From: a virus
Taxonomy: Duplodnaviria > Heunggongvirae > Uroviricota > Caudoviricetes
Direction: 5' to 3' (one strand)
Length of the DNA stretch: 53,288 nt
IMG/VR virus record: IMGVR_UViG_3300025133_006513
Span: 1 to 53,288 of that record
The notes under the pieces were generated by a model. It worked only from the letters and a program-made list of their open reading frames with translations. It made no database searches and was not told the DNA's origin. The position numbers and the translations under genes are program-made. Shown here piece after piece: positions 17,972 to 26,854 of the stretch. Position 1 is the stretch's first letter. Every line of letters begins with the position of its first letter.

Positions 17972-18898
17972 ATGTCTTCGCCCTCTAGCGTTCAAGTCCT
18001 GAACGAAGAGCTGTTCGCGCAGCTCGAAACGCCGGGGATGGAGAAGAATGCATTAGACGCGGTGAACGAATTCACCCGCGTTCGCGTTCGTGAGGATGGC
18101 TTCTACCGGAAGATCATCCCGCCAGTTCAAGTCAGCAATGATGACCTCGACCGTCAGGTCGACACGGATAAGCCCGTGATCGTTGTGGACAAGGAGCCTG
18201 GTTCTCCTGCTGCTATCAGCATTCCCTTCGCCACGTTGCCGATCAACGTGTACATTCGTGGTCCTCGTTACCGCGTGATGTTCGATCGAATCGTGACACC
18301 GCGTTTCGTCAAGGATATTGACGAACTACGCACATGGCAGATGGATATCCGCCAAGTGCTTTCCGACAATGCTATCAAGGACATGCTCGCGGAAGAGGAC
18401 AGTAAGTTCCTCACAGCCGTGAACACCGCTCTTGTTGGCGCCAACCAAATTGTGCCTACCTCTGGTGTTATCCAGTGGGAAACCGTTTGGGGTGGTATCA
18501 GCCGCGATACTGTCCAAGAAGCGTTGAAGATCATGCCCAAGACTCCGTCTCACCTCGAGACGAATACTGTGCTGGTCAACAACGTCACCATTCGCGAAAT
18601 CCTAAAGTGGGGTTACGACGAAGCTGGTGGATCGCTGTCTGGCGATTTTCTGAAGAATGGTTGGTCCGAGATCGACCTGATGGGTGTCAAGTGGGTCGTT
18701 ACAATCAAGCGTGACTTGGTTCCTGACGACACCATGTATTTCTTCGGTGACCCTAGGTTCATCGGGAAATCGTATCTTCTCGAAGATACGACGATGCACA
18801 TCAAGAGAGAGGCATTCATGATCGAGTTCTTTGCATATGAAACATGCGGCGGAACAATCGGTCATACGGGTGGCCTCGCTCGTGCTGACTTCGCGTAA
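17972..18898 (+). CDS. Major capsid protein (HK97 fold, compact 308 aa)
   Basis: Protease-scaffold-decoration-MCP synteny, a strong AAGGAGG RBS and a downstream hairpin; RIVTPRFVKDIDELRTWQMDIRQVL pattern resembles HK97/encapsulin-type shells; MEKNA at aa 23-27. Confidence 0.85.
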   Translation: MSSPSSVQVLNEELFAQLETPGMEKNALDAVNEFTRVRVREDGFYRKIIPPVQVSNDDLDRQVDTDKPVIVVDKEPGSPAAISIPFATLPINVYIRGPRYRVMFDRIVTPRFVKDIDELRTWQMDIRQVLSDNAIKDMLAEEDSKFLTAVNTALVGANQIVPTSGVIQWETVWGGISRDTVQEALKIMPKTPSHLETNTVLVNNVTIREILKWGYDEAGGSLSGDFLKNGWSEIDLMGVKWVVTIKRDLVPDDTMYFFGDPRFIGKSYLLEDTTMHIKREAFMIEFFAYETCGGTIGHTGGLARADFA

Positions 18899-18916
18899 GC
18901 CATAGTTACGGCCAGC

Positions 18917-18943
18917 GGCTTCCCTGGAAGGCCCAGGGAAGCC
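18917..18943 (+). terminator. Strong hairpin after the MCP (terminator or mRNA 3' stabiliser)
   Basis: GGCTTCCCTGG-AAGGC-CCAGGGAAGCC, perfect 11-bp stem; no clean U-tract. Confidence 0.6.
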
Positions 18944-18988
18944 CCGGCTGTTCTGTGATTCATTTTCCTGAAACTGGAATGTATATCC

Positions 18989-19375
18989 ATGACAACTCCA
19001 CTTCCTTCCAGAGAGCAAGCCGACCAGGCTTACTCATTCATGGTCGACAAGGTTCACGTTCCAGCCTTCTTCGAGAAGCTTGCTGCGAATGGACTGGAAC
19101 CACAGACAGAATCAGAAGCACAACAACTCTTGCAGTTGGGTGCTGTTTTGTCTCAGGCATACGCTGAGGGGCAAGTTAAGCAGGCTGAGGCGGGTAACCC
19201 CTTCCTCAACCATGTGATGTCCCGTGCGATTCCTACGCAACAGCCTAACGTCGGCTCGTTGGTTAAGCAAAGTGCTGACCACATGATTGGTAACAGCGCT
19301 ATGGCCCAAACGGCAGCATTGGTTTACGCCCATGCAGTCTCGGGCGGAGAGCTGGCAGAAACTGAACAATCCTAA
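18989..19375 (+). CDS. Small head-associated protein (128 aa)
   Basis: FEKLA and QVKQA motifs; no Cys. Confidence 0.8.
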   Translation: MTTPLPSREQADQAYSFMVDKVHVPAFFEKLAANGLEPQTESEAQQLLQLGAVLSQAYAEGQVKQAEAGNPFLNHVMSRAIPTQQPNVGSLVKQSADHMIGNSAMAQTAALVYAHAVSGGELAETEQS

Positions 19376-19382
19376 GCAGCTG

Positions 19383-19406
19383 AACTTTGTTTAGCTGAAC
19401 AAGATT
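19383..19406. promoter_or_regulatory. Palindromic operator-like motif, copy 2
   Basis: AACTTTGTTTAGCTGAACAAGATT, overlapping the TTGACA at 19405-19410. Confidence 0.65.
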
Positions 19407-19433
19407 GACACTGAAATGTAACCCTCATATAGG
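19405..19433 (+). promoter_or_regulatory. Sigma70-like promoter
   Basis: TTGACA-N17-TATAGG; -35 and spacing are perfect, -10 is imperfect. Confidence 0.5.
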
Positions 19434-19444
19434 GGATAACCCCG

Positions 19445-19825
19445 ATGACACTTCTCGCAACACCTACGGCCACCGAGTGCCTTTACTCGACTGTCCGTAA
19501 TACTGCATTGACGGAGAAGTTCTTCGGCTTCTTGCCACCACACGGTCGTCGGTTGGCATGTGGCGAAGAAATCACCGTCTGGGGTGATATTCAGCACTGG
19601 CTCACGCGGTTCACACCAAATGACCGTGCCAAACGATCCCTCGAAATCGCCCTGGGTGGCGACGGCACGTACGCCGCTGTTTTGGCCTTGGTCAAGACTC
19701 CTTCGGTACACGTCTTCGACGACACCCTTGACGAAACACGTATCTTTACATTGGTCAACGGCTCGGCTGTTTACGCAGACCCGTGCTGGGGCTCTTATAG
19801 CTCTGAAGCACTGGCTTGTACATAA
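19445..19825 (+). CDS. Hypothetical protein (126 aa), probable virion protein
   Basis: ORF is flanked by a candidate promoter and a clear terminator. Confidence 0.8.
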   Translation: MTLLATPTATECLYSTVRNTALTEKFFGFLPPHGRRLACGEEITVWGDIQHWLTRFTPNDRAKRSLEIALGGDGTYAAVLALVKTPSVHVFDDTLDETRIFTLVNGSAVYADPCWGSYSSEALACT

Positions 19826-19853
19826 ACCGGTCCAACTGTGTATTGAACGTCTT

Positions 19854-19887
19854 AAGGCGGTGGCATTACGCCACCGCCTTTTCTTTT
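19854..19887 (+). terminator. Rho-independent terminator
   Basis: AAGGCGGTGGC-ATTAC-GCCACCGCCTT followed by TTCTTTT. Confidence 0.9.
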
Positions 19888-19895
19888 GGTATACT
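19887..19895 (+). promoter_or_regulatory. Extended -10 promoter (TGnTATACT) for the accessory cassette
   Basis: TGGTATACT immediately after the terminator; AAAGGA RBS before 19929. Confidence 0.55.
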
Positions 19896-19928
19896 GCGGG
19901 AAACACTCCCTAATAAAGGAACAATGAC

Positions 19929-20327
19929 ATGGCTGGACTATTCGATCGATTAAGCCGCACAGGCGAAGGCCCAGGCGGTCTCTGGGCTCACCTGATCTGC
20001 AGTGGCTTCTCTCTCTACGTCAGCGACCTGGGCCCCACAGGGAGCGACGACGTGACTCCCCAGAAGATCATCAACGCGATCAACGAGCACGTGCTGATGA
20101 AAGACCCTACCGAGGAGCTGTACAAGCAGCTGACTGCTGAGGACATCGTAGACCTGACGGCGATGAAGAATAACATCGACGCTATCACCAACGCGAATCC
20201 AGACATACAGTACGGTCGCCGCATGGCCTATGTCGAGAAGATTCGCTCCACATTGGACTTCCTCCAGTCTGGTGCCACCTTCCCTGAGGCTACGTGGCGG
20301 GTGTGGCTGAACATTGTGATCGTATAA
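19929..20327 (+). CDS. Hypothetical protein (132 aa)
   Basis: First ORF of the cassette, with an RBS. Confidence 0.75.
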   Translation: MAGLFDRLSRTGEGPGGLWAHLICSGFSLYVSDLGPTGSDDVTPQKIINAINEHVLMKDPTEELYKQLTAEDIVDLTAMKNNIDAITNANPDIQYGRRMAYVEKIRSTLDFLQSGATFPEATWRVWLNIVIV

Positions 20328-20339
20328 CCGGAGTAAACT

Positions 20340-21632
20340 ATGGCTGATAATGGGCTGGACTCCGACGTATACTGGAAGAGTGCTAGTACAACCTCGTATA
20401 ATGTAACGCCCACATTCCAGACCCCAGGCGCGACGACACTACCTCCGCAGTTAGTGCTGTTCAATACGATTATACGCGCCACCATAAACTCACCTAACAG
20501 CAACTTTTGTGCGTGGGGGAATGGCTGTGCGCATGGCGAGAACATTGCGAGATCAGCGTTCTCCTGGCATGAAGATAACCAACCCACTAGCGATGTATCA
20601 CGCACCACCAATTCGAATTCGCCGATTGTCATCTACAACAATGCAGATGTTGAGACGAAATGTCGTGCAGAGACTTGGGGCGGTTATAGCGGCGGACGCG
20701 GCTTCCGTGTAAATATGGTCGATCAGGACGCCACTGCGTATATCTGCCATACGTCACTACGTTTTGGTGACGCACCCTGGATGAGTGGTAGTATAGCCGT
20801 ACCGCAGGCTGATGAGACCACTTTGCAGATAGCCATGCCCTTCGCACCTGATTGGATATGGATATGGTCTAACGTATATGGTGGTGATGAGTGGATATCA
20901 CCATACTATGCAACCAGTGCGACGTGGACGGAATCATTTTCGCACAGAGACGGTACGTACGAGAACTGGGGTATGTGGGATGAAGATAACCAGAACTACA
21001 CCGACTCTGAAACACTATATTCACAATCAGCTTGTGGAAAAATACCAGTCAACGGGGTGGATTACGCCGTACGTATCAAGACATTAACATGGAATGACAA
21101 CGGTGTTGTAGCCGACTGGGAAAACGGCAATAACACCCTCGGCTATAGATACCATTTCATCGCAGGGAAAAATGCGAATAGCAAGGTCGGGAACTTCATA
21201 CTATCGACCTCAGCCCCAGGCGATGATGCCGAGTATCGCGCATCAGACGGTACAATTAAGATCACCACAGGCTTCAAGCCTAAGATGGTGTTCTTCATAG
21301 GTGGGAATCGATCGACTGAGGGTATCTCGAACCATATCACGATGGGGCGGGGGTTTGCGGGCGAGGCCGATGAGTGGGCGATGGCGATGAGCATACAAGA
21401 TAACGACAACACATCTGATGTGTATTGTGGCCAGTGGAACGAGCGATGTTTCGCGAGATTAGCTTACAACTCTACAACCCTAAACGATTACTGCTCACTC
21501 AACGCGATGGAGGATGACGGCTTCAGAGTCAATCTCGACGACGCAGGCTCGTATGCTATATCGTACCTAGCGATGGGCGACCCGCCAGCGAAACTCGTCT
21601 TACCATATCAGCCCTCGATCCTAAGGGTTTAA
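20340..21632 (+). CDS. Beta-rich putative virion surface protein, paralog A
   Basis: 430 aa; FAPDWIWIW and GFKPKMVFF motifs; colinear with the next gene. Confidence 0.75.
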   Translation: MADNGLDSDVYWKSASTTSYNVTPTFQTPGATTLPPQLVLFNTIIRATINSPNSNFCAWGNGCAHGENIARSAFSWHEDNQPTSDVSRTTNSNSPIVIYNNADVETKCRAETWGGYSGGRGFRVNMVDQDATAYICHTSLRFGDAPWMSGSIAVPQADETTLQIAMPFAPDWIWIWSNVYGGDEWISPYYATSATWTESFSHRDGTYENWGMWDEDNQNYTDSETLYSQSACGKIPVNGVDYAVRIKTLTWNDNGVVADWENGNNTLGYRYHFIAGKNANSKVGNFILSTSAPGDDAEYRASDGTIKITTGFKPKMVFFIGGNRSTEGISNHITMGRGFAGEADEWAMAMSIQDNDNTSDVYCGQWNERCFARLAYNSTTLNDYCSLNAMEDDGFRVNLDDAGSYAISYLAMGDPPAKLVLPYQPSILRV

Positions 21633-21635
21633 TTG

Positions 21636-22925
21636 ATGGCCTTAGACTCAGACGTATATTGGAAGAGCGTGACCGGTACCACTGATTACGGGTTCACGCC
21701 CACCTTCCAGAACGCCGGGGAGACAACCCTGCCGCCTGAGCTGATTCTATGCAATACCGTGCTGCATTCTGGTTACACCTCTGCACAGGGCGACGCGATG
21801 TGGGGGCAGAGTATGGGTTTCACCAATCGGCAGTGGCCTTCAAACTACCAACGTCACGAGGATAATGCCAACTATTCAGATTGTTATCGCAGTAAGTTAT
21901 GTGCGTATCCTTATGCGGCAGTGCGTAGTGCCGCTAATCAGGAAATGACTCGTGTAAACGGTTGGGGCTACCTCAATGACGGGCGGTCCATATATATGGA
22001 TGTGGTCCTTCAAACAAACAACCACCACACGTGTTACACATCTTTACGCTTCAATCCGATGCCTTGGCAGTTGTTGAGCGTCAGCACACCCGCGGCAACT
22101 GATGCAGATTGGAAAGTTGATTTTGGGTTCGCTCCTGACTGGGTTTGGATGTTCACTTCGCAACACCTGGGTGCTGATTCAGAGCATTCTGGTAACTGGA
22201 GTAGGACCCACGCCTATTACGGCGAAAGCTTTGCCCACCGCGACGGTGATGTAGAGAACTGGAACTACTGGTCAGAAGATAACCAAAACACATGTGACAA
22301 CGGCACCGCCTACTACAACGACGGCACCTTCTTCCAGCCTTGGTGGAATGGAGCTGCGTACGCAGAGTCCTTTGACTCGATCACGTGGTATGACTCTGGT
22401 ATCGAATTAGACTTCCAGACCAGTTACACCACCCAGCGATCACTTAACATCCTGGCAGGCAAGAACGCCAACAGCAAGGTAGGCCGGTTCAAGCTCGCAT
22501 CAAGCGACTACGGAGACGGGGTGTACCGCGCGTCAGACAGCACGATCAAAGTCACTACTGGCTTCAAGCCTAAGATGGTGTTCTTCCTGGGTGGGCGTAT
22601 AGGCTCGGAAAACGGGCATACCACCAGCGTACAGAATGGGCGAGGGTTCGCGAGCGAGAACGACCAGTGGGCGCAGTCGATGAGCCTGCGAGATAATATG
22701 ACATACACAGATGTGTTCCGCTCGAACGCTAACGATATGTGCTTCAGACGGCTTAACTACAGCGCTGCCTCCGTATACGACGAGTGTTCCTTAAATGCGA
22801 TGGAGTCTGACGGCTTCCGCGTTAATCTCGACAACGCGGGTAGTTACCCAGTATCCTATCTGGCCTTGGGCGATCCACCTGCAGAATTAGTTCTTCCATA
22901 CCAACAATCAATAGTATCGGTGTAG
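21636..22925 (+). CDS. Beta-rich putative virion surface protein, paralog B
   Basis: Shares LDSDVYWKS, AGKNANSKVG, TTGFKPKMVFF and LVLPYQ with paralog A; ATG 21636 preferred over TTG 21633. Confidence 0.75.
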   Translation: MALDSDVYWKSVTGTTDYGFTPTFQNAGETTLPPELILCNTVLHSGYTSAQGDAMWGQSMGFTNRQWPSNYQRHEDNANYSDCYRSKLCAYPYAAVRSAANQEMTRVNGWGYLNDGRSIYMDVVLQTNNHHTCYTSLRFNPMPWQLLSVSTPAATDADWKVDFGFAPDWVWMFTSQHLGADSEHSGNWSRTHAYYGESFAHRDGDVENWNYWSEDNQNTCDNGTAYYNDGTFFQPWWNGAAYAESFDSITWYDSGIELDFQTSYTTQRSLNILAGKNANSKVGRFKLASSDYGDGVYRASDSTIKVTTGFKPKMVFFLGGRIGSENGHTTSVQNGRGFASENDQWAQSMSLRDNMTYTDVFRSNANDMCFRRLNYSAASVYDECSLNAMESDGFRVNLDNAGSYPVSYLALGDPPAELVLPYQQSIVSV

Positions 22926-22926
22926 C

Positions 22927-24132
22927 ATGTTTGAGATTCCAGAAGACAAAGTGTTGTGTATCACAGGTGATCCGCGTAGTGGTACGTCCCTAGAGATCAA
23001 AACCGTGAAGTTGTTGGGCATCCCTGTGGCTGGCGATAAGTGGCCCCAGGAGGATCGGCAGCGACGTGAGCATGCAGACCCAGATAGACGAGCAGAGCTC
23101 GACGAGCAACACGCAAAGAGGCTCGAACACGCCAAAGAGATGAATCCCCGGGGCTTCTACGAGGTTCCAGGCACCGTTATGCAGGGGCTCAAGGAAATTG
23201 GCGAACACGGCGGCAAGGCGATCAAGATCGTCAGCGCCAGCAGCTACCCCCACGACAGCAGCAGGCGACTGGGCACAGACCCTGCCCTGATCCACAAATG
23301 GATCTGGATGCTCCGCGACCCCTCGTCGGTGGCTGTTAGTCAAAACGAGCGAACATCTTCTACTGAGGTCAAGGTGGTCAGTGAGGACGGCGAGTGGGAG
23401 CGACCAGCTAAGCCACTGTCGCCACAGCAGTTTGTGCTGAACAACGGCGGGCTGGCTGAGTTCTTCCAGAACAATCCAGACCGCTTTGCAGACTGCCTTG
23501 TTGTCGACTATGACGAGATGACAGCCAACCCAGAGCAAGAGATTGATCGCTTGTGCGAGTTCTTGGGCCACGAGCCGACTGATGAACAGCGACAAGCTGC
23601 GACCGACAACGTCGACACCAAGCTACGCCGTAGTCCTAAGAAGTTCACCGAGTGGGAGGGGCGTAACATCGCTGTGGCCACGCTTGCAGACGATCTACGG
23701 GAGAGTATCGTCTCTCGCCAGCTCACCAAGGCTGTCGTCGCTGTGGATAAGGGGCGAGAGCTGGCGGTCATGGAAGCCAAGGAAGTAACCCGCTATTACG
23801 ACCCTGAGACAGGCTGCTTTGGCCCTTCAGCGTTGCACGAGAAGGTGAAGTGCGATGAAGAGTACTGCAATGAATACTGCACCGGTGCCCGCAAGGAGAT
23901 CATGTGTGGGCTTCACCCGCAGTGCAGCATAGAGTTCGAGCGGCCACCACATGACGTGATGTACGAGATCGACCTAGGCGGGTATGGCGTGCTCACACGG
24001 CCCAAGGTCGTCTACCGTGGTGTGCTGACCACCTGGGAGCTTGCTTTCCAGCAGCATCAGCGATTGTATCCAAGCAAGGTGACGTTGATCCCACTTGCAG
24101 ACCGCAAGGTATTAGCAGAGGCAATTAAGTAA
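22927..24132 (+). CDS. PAPS-dependent sulfotransferase family protein
   Basis: 5'-PSB loop TGDPRSGTS; NPRGFYE; 3'-PB motif MLRDPSSVAVSQ; YDEMTANPEQEIDRLCEFLG. Confidence 0.88.
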   Translation: MFEIPEDKVLCITGDPRSGTSLEIKTVKLLGIPVAGDKWPQEDRQRREHADPDRRAELDEQHAKRLEHAKEMNPRGFYEVPGTVMQGLKEIGEHGGKAIKIVSASSYPHDSSRRLGTDPALIHKWIWMLRDPSSVAVSQNERTSSTEVKVVSEDGEWERPAKPLSPQQFVLNNGGLAEFFQNNPDRFADCLVVDYDEMTANPEQEIDRLCEFLGHEPTDEQRQAATDNVDTKLRRSPKKFTEWEGRNIAVATLADDLRESIVSRQLTKAVVAVDKGRELAVMEAKEVTRYYDPETGCFGPSALHEKVKCDEEYCNEYCTGARKEIMCGLHPQCSIEFERPPHDVMYEIDLGGYGVLTRPKVVYRGVLTTWELAFQQHQRLYPSKVTLIPLADRKVLAEAIK

Positions 24133-25808
24133 TGGCACTCGTAGGCTTTCCAGAATATGGCGGTTCGACTGGACTCAAAGCGGTTCTTGGTGCGGCATGG
24201 GCTTCACACAACAACATGACTTTAGGCACTATCCTCGTCTTGCAGCGAGCCGACAACAATAGTGATTCTGCCTACTTCACCGAGGATGGGACCACGACAG
24301 GTGACGTACAATCGAACCGATTACGCGTGTATTTCAGCGGGTCTTCAAACACCATTTACCGTTCATTTTATGCAATAACAACCGGAGCGTCGTCACACTG
24401 GTTGGGTTATGGCTACGGCAACGGTGTTACCAGTCCAGATTATTCCTTTGGGGAACTACAAGCCTGGACGACTGCCGAGTATGGCGGGAATTCCTGGGGT
24501 GGTTGGAGTCCCCATTTAGATAGTTCGTCTATTGATCCAACAACGATGCTGTCTGCCCTAACCATCGCACCTCTCAACACATTCCAAGTCACGCAAGGTG
24601 GAAACATCATCCCGAACGGTGAGCAGTATTGGGGCTACGATCACCCCACCTCGATGTACTCCGGTGACGCCGATATAACCTTCACGTTCGCAGTGGAAAA
24701 TCTTGGCGAAGGTGTGCTTGCTGTTGACTCAGTGACGTTGGGGGATAACGGTAAGGGTAACTTCGCATTAGACGGAACGAACGCTGTAACTACTGGAACA
24801 CTCATTGGTGCGGCAAGCTCCGCTAACCTCGTCATTAAGTGGACGAACGATGACGCGGCTGACCTGCACCAGGATCGTGTGCTAATCACTGTCAGCACTT
24901 CCGCAGGGGATTATGTGTTTCCGGTGCAAATCAATTACTTCGGAACACATACAGGGGGAACAAAAGCATTGAAGGCGGTGTTGACGGGTGCAGCGTGGAA
25001 CGACAACCCACACAGCCAGAGCGACATCATCTACCTGCAACCCTGCCACTATGATTCCTCCTACCACTATTGGTCCGAAAATGGGGAGTACGATGACCCC
25101 GGACCCACCAATCGTATGCAGATTTACTGGGGATTCTCCTACCCCGGTACAGGTAGCTCTTGCTCGAAAGTTATGTCTATCAATCTTCTGAGCACGGGGA
25201 GTGCAGGTTTTGCAGTTGCCAATTGGAACTGCTGGGGTGTCGGTTCAGCACATCCTAACGCACCTACTACCTGGACAAGTGCAGTCTTCGCAGATTGGTT
25301 GCAAACAATGACGTCGGCGCAGAGTGCTTGGGCAAGTTCTTATCTGTCTAGTTGGAACACCTTCTTCACGACGAGCGCTCCGGCTGTTATTAACCAACCC
25401 CTCGATGTATTCACGGTCACGAAAGTCTCAGACCCCGGCACCTTACAAATCACACAAGAGGGTCGCGTGCTTTCGGATGCTGTTGGTTCCTATCACATCG
25501 GTACAAGAGTTTCTGCCGATGTTGCAATTGCCACCAAACGAACGTGGACGTTCACAATTGAAAACACAGACGTGACGGATGGATTGACCATTTCAGGTAT
25601 CGTACCTCCAGCCGGTTTCACGGTAGACTATGATACAGCGTTCCTCGGCCCTGGCGCGACCCTTGATGTGACTGTAGAGATAGCACCTGGAGATCCAGCA
25701 TCGCTTTCCGGGGACATACATATCTTCTCGTCAGATAATGCCGATTTTACCATCCCGATCACCGGTGTCCGGATGATCCAGCCCACATCCTTGCAGGTAG
25801 GCGCATGA
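24132..25808 (+). CDS. Virion surface protein with two Ig-like (ASPM/choice-of-anchor-type) domains
   Basis: 558 aa with an internal duplication (LKAVLGAAW...N / LKAVLTGAAWN), each half followed by FTF(A/T)(V/I)EN...L(A/T)(V/I). Confidence 0.65.
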   Translation: MALVGFPEYGGSTGLKAVLGAAWASHNNMTLGTILVLQRADNNSDSAYFTEDGTTTGDVQSNRLRVYFSGSSNTIYRSFYAITTGASSHWLGYGYGNGVTSPDYSFGELQAWTTAEYGGNSWGGWSPHLDSSSIDPTTMLSALTIAPLNTFQVTQGGNIIPNGEQYWGYDHPTSMYSGDADITFTFAVENLGEGVLAVDSVTLGDNGKGNFALDGTNAVTTGTLIGAASSANLVIKWTNDDAADLHQDRVLITVSTSAGDYVFPVQINYFGTHTGGTKALKAVLTGAAWNDNPHSQSDIIYLQPCHYDSSYHYWSENGEYDDPGPTNRMQIYWGFSYPGTGSSCSKVMSINLLSTGSAGFAVANWNCWGVGSAHPNAPTTWTSAVFADWLQTMTSAQSAWASSYLSSWNTFFTTSAPAVINQPLDVFTVTKVSDPGTLQITQEGRVLSDAVGSYHIGTRVSADVAIATKRTWTFTIENTDVTDGLTISGIVPPAGFTVDYDTAFLGPGATLDVTVEIAPGDPASLSGDIHIFSSDNADFTIPITGVRMIQPTSLQVGA

Positions 25809-26386
25809 CCACAGTACGACTGGATGATACGTACAGAAACGGCATCGGTACTCGCGATCCCGCGGGTGGCGGTATGGTTGCAGCAGACTCCACGCCCACA
25901 TGGGCTGTGTATGAGGACGCCAGCGATACAGCCATCCGCACCGGTAACTTCACGGCAAGAGCCGCCGTCACCGGCCGCTACCGCATGTCTGAGTCGATCA
26001 CCGAGGCCAACGGCTATGAGCTCTTCAAATACTACGAGGTCTGGGCCGAGACGACCGTCAACACCATTGACGAGGATGTTCCGATCGATCGGTTCATTGT
26101 GCTGCCTCAGCGACTAAGCTTGATCTGTGAGGTCAACGTGGTCACCGACAATGGTGATTTCACCCTGACAGACGTGGATACCCTGACCGGTACGAACGAT
26201 ATCCACAACGGCCAGTTCTTCGTATTCCTGACTGGCAACAACAGGGGTATTGCACGTAAAATTACGGATTACGTAGGCAGCACGCAGCAGGTCACATTCG
26301 AAGGTGCCGCTGGTGAAGCTGATGAAGAGTTCCCACTGACAGTGACCAGTGGCGACTTCTGCGAAATCATAGGATTGAATCGCTAA
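25805..26386 (+). CDS. Putative virion structural protein (Ig-like, 193 aa)
   Basis: ATGA coupling; ADSTPTWAVYE and beta-strand pattern. Confidence 0.7.
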   Translation: MTTVRLDDTYRNGIGTRDPAGGGMVAADSTPTWAVYEDASDTAIRTGNFTARAAVTGRYRMSESITEANGYELFKYYEVWAETTVNTIDEDVPIDRFIVLPQRLSLICEVNVVTDNGDFTLTDVDTLTGTNDIHNGQFFVFLTGNNRGIARKITDYVGSTQQVTFEGAAGEADEEFPLTVTSGDFCEIIGLNR

Positions 26387-26404
26387 TTTAACAAGGAGGT
26401 TATC

Positions 26405-26842
26405 ATGGCCAGTAAGGTCTACCACGAAGCCATTAAGCAAATGATGGAGGCTTACCTTGCATCATCGGACGATATCCGCTGTGCGTTGCTGATGACGAGT
26501 ACAGATGCCAACGTCACCGTCGACGCTGCGTTCCTGGATGATCTGTCGTTGGATGAATGCGATGGTACGAACTACGCTCGTAAGACGTTCAGTTCGGAAG
26601 CTGTAACAGATGACGATACCAACGATCGCGCGGAGTTCGATGCTGAGGATCTGGTTTGGTCCGCCCTCGGCAACGGTGCCCGTGAGATTGAAGGCGCGTT
26701 GATCTACCTGCACGTGACAGACGACACCGACAGCGTTCCCATTTGCTATATTGAGTTCGCCTCTACTATCAACCCTGGTGGTGGTGATCTGACGGTTACT
26801 TGGGATACAGAAGGTATCTTGCAGGGTTCATCTGCAACGTAA
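26405..26842 (+). CDS. Minor virion structural protein (145 aa)
   Basis: AAGGAGG RBS; YARKT, FDAEDLVW and GGDLTVTW patterns resemble small phage fibre-base/collar proteins. Confidence 0.7.
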   Translation: MASKVYHEAIKQMMEAYLASSDDIRCALLMTSTDANVTVDAAFLDDLSLDECDGTNYARKTFSSEAVTDDDTNDRAEFDAEDLVWSALGNGAREIEGALIYLHVTDDTDSVPICYIEFASTINPGGGDLTVTWDTEGILQGSSAT

Positions 26843-26854
26843 GGTTGGTGATGA

